Assembly (NCBI GenBank): GCA_028534125.1
Contig: CM052817.1
Span: 80,540,001 to 80,604,000, forward strand
Direction: 5' to 3'
Source: Lama glama
Taxonomy: Eukaryota
Length of the DNA stretch: 64,000 bases
Shown: positions 12,849 through 23,940 of the stretch, piece by piece
How positions within the stretch are numbered: position 1 is the stretch's first letter
Layout: the number at the start of each line of letters is the position of its first letter
Program-made: the position numbers and the translations under genes
The notes under the pieces: generated by a model
What the model saw: the letters and a program-made list of their open reading frames with translations, nothing else
Told to the model about the DNA's origin: nothing
Databases searched by the model: none

Positions 12849-13904
12849 AGTGCTATCTTTTTAAAGAACATTCCAGTAAATTAGGATTTGGGGTTAAGGT
12901 GAAATTGCTTCTGGCTTCAGAAGAATATGTTAATGAGCCCTATGGAATTCTGGGGACATGGAGATGACTTTTGTCAAGTTGTCAATTCCACCTTTTGTGA
13001 GGGACCATTTCTTGTGGTTCATGAGATCCACACATTCTGATAGTGCTTATTTTTAATGATTTTGATGGTGTTTCTCTTGATTATTTAATAGATGGCTTTT
13101 CATTTCTTTGAGCAGAGTTTCGTTAGTGTGCAATTCCTCGCATTGTGCATAGTAAATGCAGCCATCCTGAGGATTCAGGGCTCAATCCATGTGTCAGATG
13201 TTGTCGTTTTCAGGGCCAGAAGCCAAATCTGCCTCAAACATATTCTTACTATCCAAAAGTCATTCCTTGAGTTAAGTCCCCTCTTTCCCCCACCCCCAAT
13301 TTTTGTAAATGTATGTTTGTGTTATTTGGCCATTATAAATTAGCCCATTAAGATCCACAGCTAAATAACATAGGATTATTGTTGTTTTTAAAGAAGTCAG
13401 AGAGCCAAAGAGAGATGTCAGAGGGAGCACACAGTGAAGGAAAAAGTAGGAAAAGGAAATCCACTGAGGACTTCTAGAAAGCATTGGCCAACTCTTGATA
13501 AGGAACTCCCTGAAAAAGGAACCAAGATTAGGGGGCAAATTTTGCCTGTTTTATGGTTTTGCATAGGGTGAGCCTTTTAAGGCTCCTAGGGCAGATGATT
13601 TTATTTGCCTACCTAGGAAGACCCTGAAGTTACAGTAAATAGCCTCAAATTAAATGCTGGTAAAGTCCAAAAAAATTTTGGGGGGAATTAAAATCAGTCC
13701 CCAAATGTTTTTAAATATTAAAAAAAATGGAACAATAAAACACTGCATTTAGAATGAACATACTTACTTTTCTTTTAAAAAATGTGTAGATCAGTTTCTC
13801 TTAGGGAAATAACTGAACAGTTTTAAATTCTAAGTGCAAAAATGTATTCATTCTTACTTTTTCTCTTTTGTCCGGCCAGTAACTACTCTTAACAGAACTT
13901 GGAG

Positions 13905-14077
13905 CAGTGGCTTTCACACTTGGCTGATGACCTGAATACCATGGAGAATTCAGGTCAAATTCTCAGGTGCCATCCTAGACTTGCTCTGTCAGCATCCAGG
14001 CTTGGGGGCCCCGAAAACTGTGTTTTTGAAAACTGTCCAGGTGATATGGAGCCTCTGGCTGATTTGAGAACCACTGC
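13905..14077. mobile_element. MER5A-like MITE (hAT-Charlie)
   Basis: termini cagtggctttca...tgagaaccactg are MER5-type TIRs. Confidence 0.7.
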
Positions 14078-15699
14078 CATAAAACAAACAGGGATTTAAA
14101 ACTTTCAGTTTTATCTCAGCCTCACACTGAATATGCCTCTGTAATGGTTTAAGGTAATAATGACCTTGTTGTAGACTATTTCCTGTTGATTAATGACCAG
14201 CTGGAAGAAGCTGTCTCTAGAATCTTTCAAATCAGAAGGCCAGTAATGACCCAACTAAAGATACGCCTGCAGTGCAAATGTGTATCGTTTTTCTTCATGA
14301 GGAACACTGCAGTCTTAGGTTGTCTTAATTGCATTCCTTTCCTAATTCATCTCGCAAATGCCACAGTTGCCACAGTTGCTCCAAAACAGAAAAACCAAAA
14401 CAAACAGGAGGATCAAAGTGTATGTCTCTGCTGGAACCAACAGAAGCAGAGACCAGGGGAGAAGATTTAGCTCTTGGGTGGATTTTGCTGAAATGTTCTA
14501 TTTGTATAGCAGTGATTTGTACCAGGTAATGTGAACTAGGTTGCCCTCAGTCTCTTTACAGATTACATCCCATTTCCTTTACGGTGCTACTAAATAATTC
14601 CTAGGGAATTATTCCCCCTCGAACCTCTCTCCGCTGAGTGAGCTGCCACATGTGCTTCTGCTTTAGGCACCGCTGGACAGCCAGTGGCTTCAGAAAGCTG
14701 CCTGCCTATCAAACCGTTCAGGCTGGAGCAGCAGTCTTTCCACCCACCCCTTTCCCGTGAGGTAAAGAGAATGTTCATACCTCAAGTCTTGTTACCAAGC
14801 AACAGAGTTCCATTTGCCAATTGCTACCATTTCCTTCTCATAGTATTACAGGCCTTATTATTAACATTTAGTTCAGAGAAATTGCTGTCATTATGTGAAG
14901 TAACTTCCTTTAGAGGTTATTCATTAACCTTAGGTATTTTACTGTGTAATTATAATTGCCAAGTGCCCGCAGGCTTGGAAAACCTTTGAACTCCTCAAGG
15001 TATTAGGGGATGGCAGAAAGGATATTATCTGATTTTTCTTCCTTTTCTAGTTGTTTTAATCTTGAAGGTGTCCCATTTCCCCTGAAGACATGTCTGCCTT
15101 CCTAGAGGGTAAGCTTCCAGATTGCTGACTATAAACTCAGAAGATACGAATGGACAAAGTTGCCTCTTAGAGTCTGATTTCCCCAAATACTGTAGACCAG
15201 AGTGAAATGGTCCCTCCTTTGTCTTAAGGAAGGATCAGGGGGCTATTCCTAAGACCCACAGGGTTGGCACCAACACTTACGCATGTGTGGGGCTCTGTGA
15301 GGACCTCGCACAATACCCAGAATTGCATATTGTGCACAACCTTGTTCTGACACAACGGAAGATGTTTATCCTATTGCTCACCCGATGGTTCTATAAAAGC
15401 AATTTTTCACTCCCTAGCTTTGCAGAAGCCAGGTGTGTGTTCCATAATACGCCTATTATACAGCCATTCTCAGTAGTCACTGCTTACACAATGACCCTTG
15501 TGATTTGCCCCCTTATAGGGTGGTTGCCAAGGTCTTCGGTCCCCACCCAGCGCAACTTCAGATACGCATTTCACTTGTATTATCAGGCCAAAAAAAAAAA
15601 AAAAAAAAGAAGAAGAAAGGAAGAAAAAAAGAGCACTCCCTTTCCTTTCTCTCTTTGTTTCAAGACAAACAAAAGTAATTGGCATTTTTCTTCCCCCAA

Positions 15700-16380
15700 C
15701 CACATGCGCCTGCAGCATGGGTGCCCCAAAAAAGGAAACCTGTTTTCCTCCTCCCAGGTCTCTGATTTCTCCACCCAGTCTCCCCACAGCCGTCCACTCC
15801 CCGCACCCAGCCCTTCCCGCCTCCACCCAGACCGGGAGAAGCGGCCCGACATTCCAGGTAACCTGACTCCCCAGACGGGAGGGGCGGGGGCGCTGCTGGG
15901 AAGGCGGCCACGTGACCTTGCCTGCCGCCAAGGGGCAGGCTACCTGGTTCGGAAAACTAGGGGACAGGTGAGCCTGGAGTGCCGTTTTGAATCTGAATTT
16001 AAAGAACGTATAGTTTCTAAAAGGGTGCTTGCTTCTGCCTCCGACAGATTCCACTTTGATCATTCCCAGTGAAAAGGCACGGCTGGCCGTAGGGTTTTCT
16101 GGCGTGAACTGAGCTGCCAGACAAAGGCAGCGCGATCTCTGGGAGGAGAAGGCCGAGCGGGTTTTACAGCAGCCGCCGCACAAGTCTGGACGCGGAGGCT
16201 GCGCTCCGGGAGGGCCGGCCGCCCTGGCAGGAGCCCGAGCTGCAAGCCTCGGCTGGGAAGCGCGTCCCTCCATCATTTCCCTGGCTCTGCCGTCCCTAGC
16301 TTGCCCTTGACAGCTCTCTTCTTTGATCTGTAAAATAGGAGAAAATAGGGGACACTTTGATATTCTTTAGAAGGCGCGGG
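15700..16380 (+). promoter_or_regulatory. CpG-rich promoter-like region with a candidate non-coding first exon ending at 15967
   Basis: the highest CpG/GC density in the window; GC box ggggcgggg at about 15881-15889; E-box CACGTG at 15909-15914; strong + strand donor CAG|GTGAGC at 15967/15968. Confidence 0.55.
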
Positions 16381-16621
16381 GATTTGCTACTTTCTCCCCA
16401 AATAAAGGGCTGGTAGGGAATTTCTTTGAGAACTGGAAGGAACATGCTGTCACATGTAACCTTAATGAGCTTGGCCTCCTCTTCTAGTGCCCATTAATCA
16501 GTCATCCAACACCGAAAGCATCTAAGTGTGGATTCTGTGTGCAGAGAAGTGAGAGCATGGTCTCTGCTTTAAAGATACTTATGGTTTAGCTGGGGAGCTG
16601 GAATATATATGAGTGTAAAAC

Positions 16622-16800
16622 ATGATAATAGCTAACATTTATTGAGTACTTCCCATGTGCCAGGTTCTGTGTGGTACTTTCCTTTATTCCTCATAAGAGC
16701 CCATCAAATGGGTACTACACTATCATCTCCATTTTACAGAGGGTTTTAGCGAGATCATGTGCCCCTGGACACACCATGTGCGCAGTCAGCCTGTGCATCA
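16622..16800 (-). mobile_element. MIR SINE
   Basis: atagctaacatttattgagtact...tgtgccagg...tatcatctccattttacaga. Confidence 0.8.
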
Positions 16801-18399
16801 GCTCCAGCCTACTCCAGAGGAATGAGCTGCATTTAAGCCCAGATCTGTTTAACATCCAATGATGGCAGGTGGTCAGTTTCATTCGGCCTCCTCCTCTCTG
16901 CTCTGGTTCTGAGACTTCTTGCCCTCTCTCTGGGGAGCAGGAAAATGGCACTGGGACCTTTTAAGCCACCAGTGCTCTTTGGGATCCTACACATGTTCTC
17001 TTTCTTCCACTTCCTCTGTTTTTTTCTACTCAGCAATCACAGTCTGGTTAATTTCTTCTTGGACAACATTAACTTTATGGGTACATCTTGTCTTGTCCTC
17101 TCTGATTTTATTATTCAAGTAGAGAGAAGGGACCTGATTCAAACAAGTAAATGTACAAAGCATACAAAGCATAACTTCACCTCGTGAAGTGGAACTTGAT
17201 GGTCCCTTAGGTTCCTTCCTCTGACTTACAGTGATCCCTTCACTCTGTGTGGTATATGCAGCAGTGACCGTTCTTAAGCACAGTCAGGCAGAGTCAGGGT
17301 TCTACCAGTATCCCAAAGGCTGGTCTCACAGTGTAGCATCTTCAGTTTGCCACTCACGATAACTCAAGGACCGAACAGAATGTGGTTTTTCTCAGGGAAG
17401 CCAACATCTTGATGATTTTTAATAGTGTAAAACACTAGCCAATGGGATTTTATGAGTATCATGGAGAGACACATCCTTTGACCTGGTGTATAATCCCACA
17501 TCTCTGGACACTGGGCTAATGACTGCAGCCTCCCTGCGCATGGGTCTGAATGGGAAGCAGTATGGTGTTTGGAAAATTCTAGATTGATGGGAATTAACCC
17601 AGAGCCCAGTGTTTTTTATGTTGTATCCCTGGTCAACCTAGTACCTGGGGATTGAGAAGACTTGGAAATCCTTGTTTAGTATAATTCCTTCTTCTCTTAA
17701 TCAGAAGTATGGGTATCTGAAAACTTGCTACACTTAGTTTTGCTTTTATTGAGCATCATTTACTAGTAAAAATAATGAAAAAACAAAAAACAAAAAACAA
17801 TGTAGATGTTAGGAAACCTAGGTTCTAGTTTTAGACCTGATACCAGCCAGCCTTGGATGCATCATACCAACTCCCATCCATAGGGGCCTCAGTTTCCTCA
17901 CCTTTAAAAAAAATAAAATAAAAGCTTGGACCAGGCCAGTGGTTTTGAAATCAGAGCAGCTCTGCTCGTATCTTTTATATATTGGAATCTGGGGTCAGAC
18001 GTCTATGTACTAAATGGAAAGGGAGACTCACTGACGACAACTGTTACAAACCTGCTGCTCCAGAGGCTTGCTCAGGTCTTCAGCTCTAACGTTCGATGGT
18101 TCTCTTTAAGGCACTTGGTGGTGGCTCTGCTCCTTGGGAATCACAGCTGTTTAGTTTGGCTGGATTGTAAATTGCATGACAGGAAGATGTGGAAGACAAG
18201 GCTGGAAGTGAAGTTTCCGTCCAGATTTGGTATGGCCCTGGGTGCTCGGCCAAGGAGTCTGGATGTTGTTTCCTTGAAATTCAGAGGCCACCAGTGATTT
18301 TTGACTGCAAAACTTTGTCAGTGATGATTTGAGTAACAGAGACCTGGAAGATAGTAGCTTATGCACGGAAGAGTTACTTCCTTATATAAAAGCCTTTGG

Positions 18400-18835
18400 A
18401 GATTGGCAATTTGGGGAAGGCATGCAAATTCCAGGCAGTCATCAGGGAGCCAGGCCACTCCTAGTGTTTTGCTTTTCTGTTCTAGTGAAGCCAGCTTTCA
18501 TCTTCACAGTTACCTCATGGTCCGTGATGGCTGCCGGACTCCACCCACCATGCTTGCTTGCATCATGGGCTGGAAGGAGGAGTGAAAGATAAAAGTGGGG
18601 TGCATCCCAGATGAGTCAGCCAACTCTTATCAGCCTTCTCAGCAGTCCCTCACAACCCATTGTTTTACATCCGTTGGCCAAACTGAGTCTCATTGCCATT
18701 CCTGGTTTCAAGGAAGGCTAAGAAATGTACACTTTACTCTGGGCAGGGATGTAACTGGCTGAAAGGCAGGGTTTTGTTACTGAGACAAAAGAGAATATGT
18801 GTATTGGAAGCAGCTTGGGCATAGTCTCTGCTACA
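18400..18835 (-). mobile_element. MLT1J/K-like MaLR LTR
   Basis: cctcatggtccgtgatggctgc, ttggccaaaactgagtctcattgccattcct, caaggaaggctaagaaatgta; ends tctgctaca. Confidence 0.6.
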
Positions 18836-20059
18836 GAAAATGATCAGAACTCTGCCCTGGCATCATTTATTTAGTGGCAGTAGCTGGGAAACCATGAACT
18901 AGGTGGAGGGAATAAGGACCTGAACTGGGGTGCCCCTGAGAAGGTGGTGGAGGAACGAGGGGGAGCTCCTGCGGAGGACGGCCAACTCTTCAGGTGTGAC
19001 GGGATTTCCTCAGCTGGGCCTGAGGGATGGGGAGCATCGAAGGACACATCCAGCTTTGTGAGCACGTGAAAGAGGTGCTGGTGATGCCAGTGACTAAAAT
19101 AAGGAAGCTGGAGGAGGAGGTGGAGGAGGAGGAGTTTTAGGGAAGGAGGTCCTGAAGGAGATTTTGGACAGGTTGAGTGTGGTGTAGGACTGGAGCTTGG
19201 GGGAATTTGTATTGTTTATTTCCAAGTAAATATGACATACACCTAATTTTTAAAATCCTGATATCTAGGATGTCCTGATGTCTCAGATGCTTTTTTGGGC
19301 TTCACACATTGTTATATAGGGACATGCTGTTAATGGTGGTGGAGTAAGTAAGTAAGCAGTGGAGTTACCTCTTCTCTGCTGACCCCGAGCTCCATAGAGG
19401 TTCTTTTCCACCACTGGGCTTAAGGATTCTCAGAGTTATGACAAGGATGATGTTCTGGGTAAATGCACATTTCTTAAAAGAGCTGCCTAGAATCCCTGTG
19501 TGTTCTTCCACCCTAGAGAGCTCAGATACGGACAAAACACAAGACTCTTCAGTTGTAGTCCAGAGGCACTTCTTAGTAGCAGATTCTCTTATTTCTCTGT
19601 TTTTCTGAACTTCCACCTGGCCCCGCTTCACCTTTCCTGTCTTCTACCCACTGTTAGGGTGGCACAGGCTAAGTGGGGGCTGCCCTGGTATTTAGGAAGA
19701 AGGTACGTAAAGAGCCATATGCAACATCCCTGGGTCCTGGAGAAGAACTTACAATGCAAATGTGAAGGTGAGGGCCCAGGTTGGATGGGGAGTGGGGACA
19801 GACAGCAAGGTTAATAGTAAAGGTAGTTAAGAAACTAAGGATTAAGGCAAGGGGTCGTGAGCTCAGGCAGCAGAATTTAAATCCCCGTGAGCATGAGGCA
19901 TTATGGGGAAAACTCTTAGTGCATCTTGTCTGAGTAAAAGCAGCTCCTTAAAAGAGGCAGCCTGGGTCAGATAATCTCAAGTAGGGGCCTTAGCAAAGGC
20001 ATGCTCAGTGAGAGAAGAGGGAGTTGTCCATCTAGCCTGCACATCATGTAGAGTGTCAG

Positions 20060-20860
20060 TTACTCTCCTGCTTGGTTATGTGAACCTAGATTTTGGATAT
20101 CCCCTTCCTTCCGAGTTTTGAAGGCATTGTTCCATTGTCTTCTGCCTGAAGGTATTGCCTCTGAGGAGTGTGACAGCAGTTCTGGCCACCAGTCCTTTAC
20201 TTGTAAGCTTTCTTTTTTCTCTTCGGAAGCGTTTAGGATTCTCTCAACTTGACACTGAAGTGCTTTGCTGTACATCTTTTATTATTCAGTGGGCTGCTCC
20301 CTTAATGGGCCATCCTTGTGTCCTTCAGTTATGGGGGATTTTTTCATAGTATCTCTTTGATCATTTCTTCCATGATACATTCTCTGTTCTCTTTTTCTGG
20401 AATCTGATTAGTCACAAGGTGGATCTCCTAGACATCTTTTCTCTTCTGTGTTTCATCCCTTTGAGGTAGTCATTGTCCAATGAATGGAGACGGGGGTGGG
20501 CAAGGCTTTTTGGCACTGGGACTTTGTCTGGTGGGCAAGTGCTCAGAATTTCCCCTCTCTCACCACTAGTCACTACCCACATGGCTCTGGTCTTCCATGT
20601 GATTGACACAACTGAAATTCCTTGGTTCCTTGGATTTCTGAATGGCGACGGAGGCCTTCTTTGCAACCTCAGTTCTTCCAGCTTTCTATGCCTCTGTAGC
20701 TTAGAATGTGTGTTCATGCATTGGGTGTTTAATGTAATTGGTGAATTGAAGAAATGGATGCTTTTTGTTATTAGTACACATAGAGTGATTTTAGTTCTGT
20801 GCAGATCCTGATGATTTAGTTGTATGACTCCAGGCAGCCAGTTGTCCATACTGCTTGAGT
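20060..20860 (-). mobile_element. decayed L1/HAL1 ORF1 region
   Basis: the minus-strand translation RRQWNNAFKT resembles the conserved L1 ORF1 RRQW motif; T-rich antisense L1 texture. Confidence 0.55.
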
Positions 20861-21261
20861 GAAGCTGCTTTTCTGAAAAATTAACTTTTGAATTTTAGAA
20901 TATTTTCACTTGAACGTCCTACTGGCATAATACAAATGTAAGAATGCTTGTTTGTTTAGCATATTTTTTAGTGGAATTCGAGCATTCAAAAGAATAAGCC
21001 CCCCCCAAAAAAAAACCAAAAAAAAAAAAAAAACCCCAAGCCTACTTCTTACCTTTGTCTTAAGTAGACTTTGTCTTACGGAGACTCAGGCCTTGCCAGA
21101 GAGCTGAATGTCCCTGCCCTCCCTCAGCCCCTTAGCAAACTTTCTTCTTTTTCAGATTCTGAACTACTGCTACACCATCTTGGTTTTTCCATTTTCTAGG
21201 TCTGTTTCTTGCTGCCTTCTGTGCCTCTCTGTTTTCACCCTTCCCGATTCCTCTTCTTCTC

Positions 21262-21441
21262 TAAGTTGGTGTTTTTCAAAGTTTGGTTTATGAATGTCCA
21301 GCATCAGAATCCCCTGGGGCCTGATCAGACCAAATGGATCAGAACCGCTGAGAGGAGGCTGGGGGCAGCTGAGGGGTCTGCCTGTTGGTTCAGCATTTCT
21401 GGGGTTTCTCGTGCACCTCGGAGTTCAAGAAACACTGCTCT
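21262..21441. mobile_element. MER5-like MITE
   Basis: gtgtttttcaaagt...cagcatcagaatcccctgggg...gttcaagaaacactg. Confidence 0.6.
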
Positions 21442-22299
21442 AATTCCCCTTATCCACCAAGCTCAGTTCTGACACTGCTTCACGTCCTTGGATCTTTTTT
21501 TCCTGGGGAGGGTGGTCCTCATACAACTGGCGGGCGTCACTCTCCTGGGAGGCACAGAGGCTCTTCTTCGGCTGTGACCTCATATCTCACATCCAGTCTT
21601 CTATTTCCATCTATTCACGGGGACTTTCTCCTGTGCTGAGTGTGACCACTCACCCTTGCCATCTACTGGCACAGCCTCCCCAAGGGTTAGCTAGCGTCCT
21701 CCCAGGTCATCCTGTAGAGGAGAACGCAGAGCCTGAGAGGGATCTATATGGGGAGATTGGTTTCTCTAGAGAGAATCATCATAAATGCATATTGAAAACA
21801 TGAAGGCCAGAACACTTTGCCAGTACACACCATCTTTACAGACATGACGTGAGGTCTGGGTTTGTTGTTCTTCTTGAATGACTTCTTCTAGAACCACTGG
21901 GAGGTAGGAAAGGAGGGAGCAAATGGCAGAGCTTAGCTTTAACAATCACAGTGGAAAAGCTGTGGGAACCTCCCTGGAATATGCAGGGCCAGCGGGGAGT
22001 GCCCTGTAAAGGGGGCCTTACCCAGTCACACTGTCAGGGGGGGAAGCGTATGGTGGTCATTGGCTGTTGATTATAATAGAACTGGGTCAGTCAGAGGTCA
22101 GAGAGGCGGGGAGAGGCTGCAGTTCCTCCAACTCTGAGATCTTTAGAAAGAACATAGGACTTAAAAAGCCCCCACATTTTGGGGAATTTTCTTTATAAAA
22201 TCATCAGAAGAGTAGATCGCTGGATTTTTCCTCCTCTGCATGTGAAACCCTACAAATATCACAGGAAGAAGCCCCTTCGGGAGGAAGCACTTACAACAA

Positions 22300-23940
22300 C
22301 CGCCCATTGGCAGAGTCAGGTCACTGCTGGCCAGATCTGTTGGCGATCTGAATCCGTTTTAGTAGTTGGGAGAGGAATGTCTGTGCAGACAGAAAGCGGA
22401 CACGGGGCGCGCCCCCTCCGCTTCATGGGTCCCGGGGGATTCACTGCTTCCTCCGAGGGGCTCCCACCGCAGCTGGAATACAGGCTTGTTTCTCCAGCTG
22501 TCTAACCTTTAGTTTTATCTGTCTCTCGCTGACCTCTGAGTTTTATAATGAGTCAGTTTATTTGCTTGTGCAAATTGGGTTTTCTTAGAAATAGAACAGA
22601 GCTAGAAAGAGGCCAGTGTTTGGGTTGTTTCCTCTTAAGAAAGAGAAGCAGCCGGGGACCAGGCACTGCAGAAGCTGCTTCTGCTCTGACTGTCCGTGTT
22701 GTTGGTTTCCTGTAACCTGGTGTAGTGAAGTCTGGTGCACAGAGAGAGATCATCTCTCTTGTCAGAGGTGGAAATATCTTCAGGCTTTGCCAGCTCATTA
22801 CTTCTCGATTTCCTGGGAGTTCAGAGAATTTGCTTAGCAACTGGCCTGACCGGTACCCCCACCGCTGCTGCCCCCCCCCCCGACATTACCAAGCTGACCG
22901 GTGGGGCCAATGGAGCAGTTTTTGAATGAAACAAGGCCGAAGCATTTTGTGAAAATGGTACCAGTTTTTTCCTCGATGGGACCTGAGCTTGTAACCCAGT
23001 CCAACAAAACGAGAGGGAACAAGCCAAAAAAAACTTTTTAAAGAAACAACACAGGCAGTAGGAAATCATACTGGTCAGGGCTTGTTTTCCTGGCCCAGGG
23101 CCTCATTCCAACCTGTTGCAATCAGCTCTCCGAGTGTCTGTAGGGACACCTTGGTGCAGGGGCCCCTCGGAGGAAAGGAACTTTTACATTTCTGTTTGAC
23201 TGGGCTCCTTGCCAGGGGCTAAGTTCAAAGTGCAGTTTCCAGTAATTTGCTGGGACTTCTCTGTGGGTTGGATAGGCCAGGACAGAAGCCTGCAAGCCGA
23301 AGTAATATTTCCTGATTTCTGTCATTTCTTAAGAAGAGAAGGAAGGTTTCTGGAAGGACCAGGGGTGGGCAGGCTCTTGCTGGCTCTGAGAGCAGATGGA
23401 GTCTTCGCTGCCTCCTGTCTTCCCCGCCCTTCCTCCTCTCCCTGTCCAGGGCCCTGGACAGCCTGGCACTGGGCTAGAATCGCACTGAGCAAATGAGAGG
23501 TGCCCGTGTGGTGCAGCCCGTGCACCCCTCCCCTGATTTACTGCGTGCGCGTGTTATTTGGAGCTATAAAGTTGTCGAGTAATGGCAATATGTTCTTGTT
23601 TTCTCATATCTGTAGGATGAAAGTGAACATTTTTATAATCCTTCCCTCCTCACCACATTTTGTTCCCCTGCACTAAACATGTGGGCCTGATTAGAGGAGA
23701 AAAAGAGCTGCAAAGGGAAGTTAGATTTTACACTCTCATTCCCTGGGCCACCCCTTCCTGGCACGTTGAGGGCGGGGCCGACTTCCTGTCATGCCATCTT
23801 TGCATTTCGGGTCTGGCAGAGGGCTCCACTCATAATAATTCTGAATGACTCTTTATTCAGTGAAGGAGACTGGGGAGCGGGGGACTCTCATTTCCAAGGA
23901 GCCTCTGGTAGAACAGTATCACTTCTGCGTCAGGTAGGGG
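22300..23940. promoter_or_regulatory. repeat-free, motif-dense enhancer or alternative promoter candidate
   Basis: locally raised CpG; AP-1 TGAGTCA 22549-22555; GAS TTCTTAGAA 22582-22590 and TTCAGAGAA 22820-22828; CCAAT at about 22907; DR1 AGTTCAAAGTGCA 23222-23234; TATAAAG 23565-23571; donor CAG|GTAGGG at 23933/23934. Confidence 0.4.

Noticed and set aside
15922..15940. CTCF-like CCGCCAAGGGGCAG
   Set aside because: It mismatches the nearly invariant AG core of the motif.
15287..16276. The longest ORFs (261 aa on +, 268 aa on -)
   Set aside because: They overlap on opposite strands across a GC-rich promoter-like block. The poly-K and poly-F runs come from an A-tract and there is no recognisable domain, so stop-codon depletion explains their length.
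22740..22762. Small palindrome agagagat-c-atctctct
   Set aside because: An 8-bp low-complexity stem of this kind is expected by chance in 64 kb.
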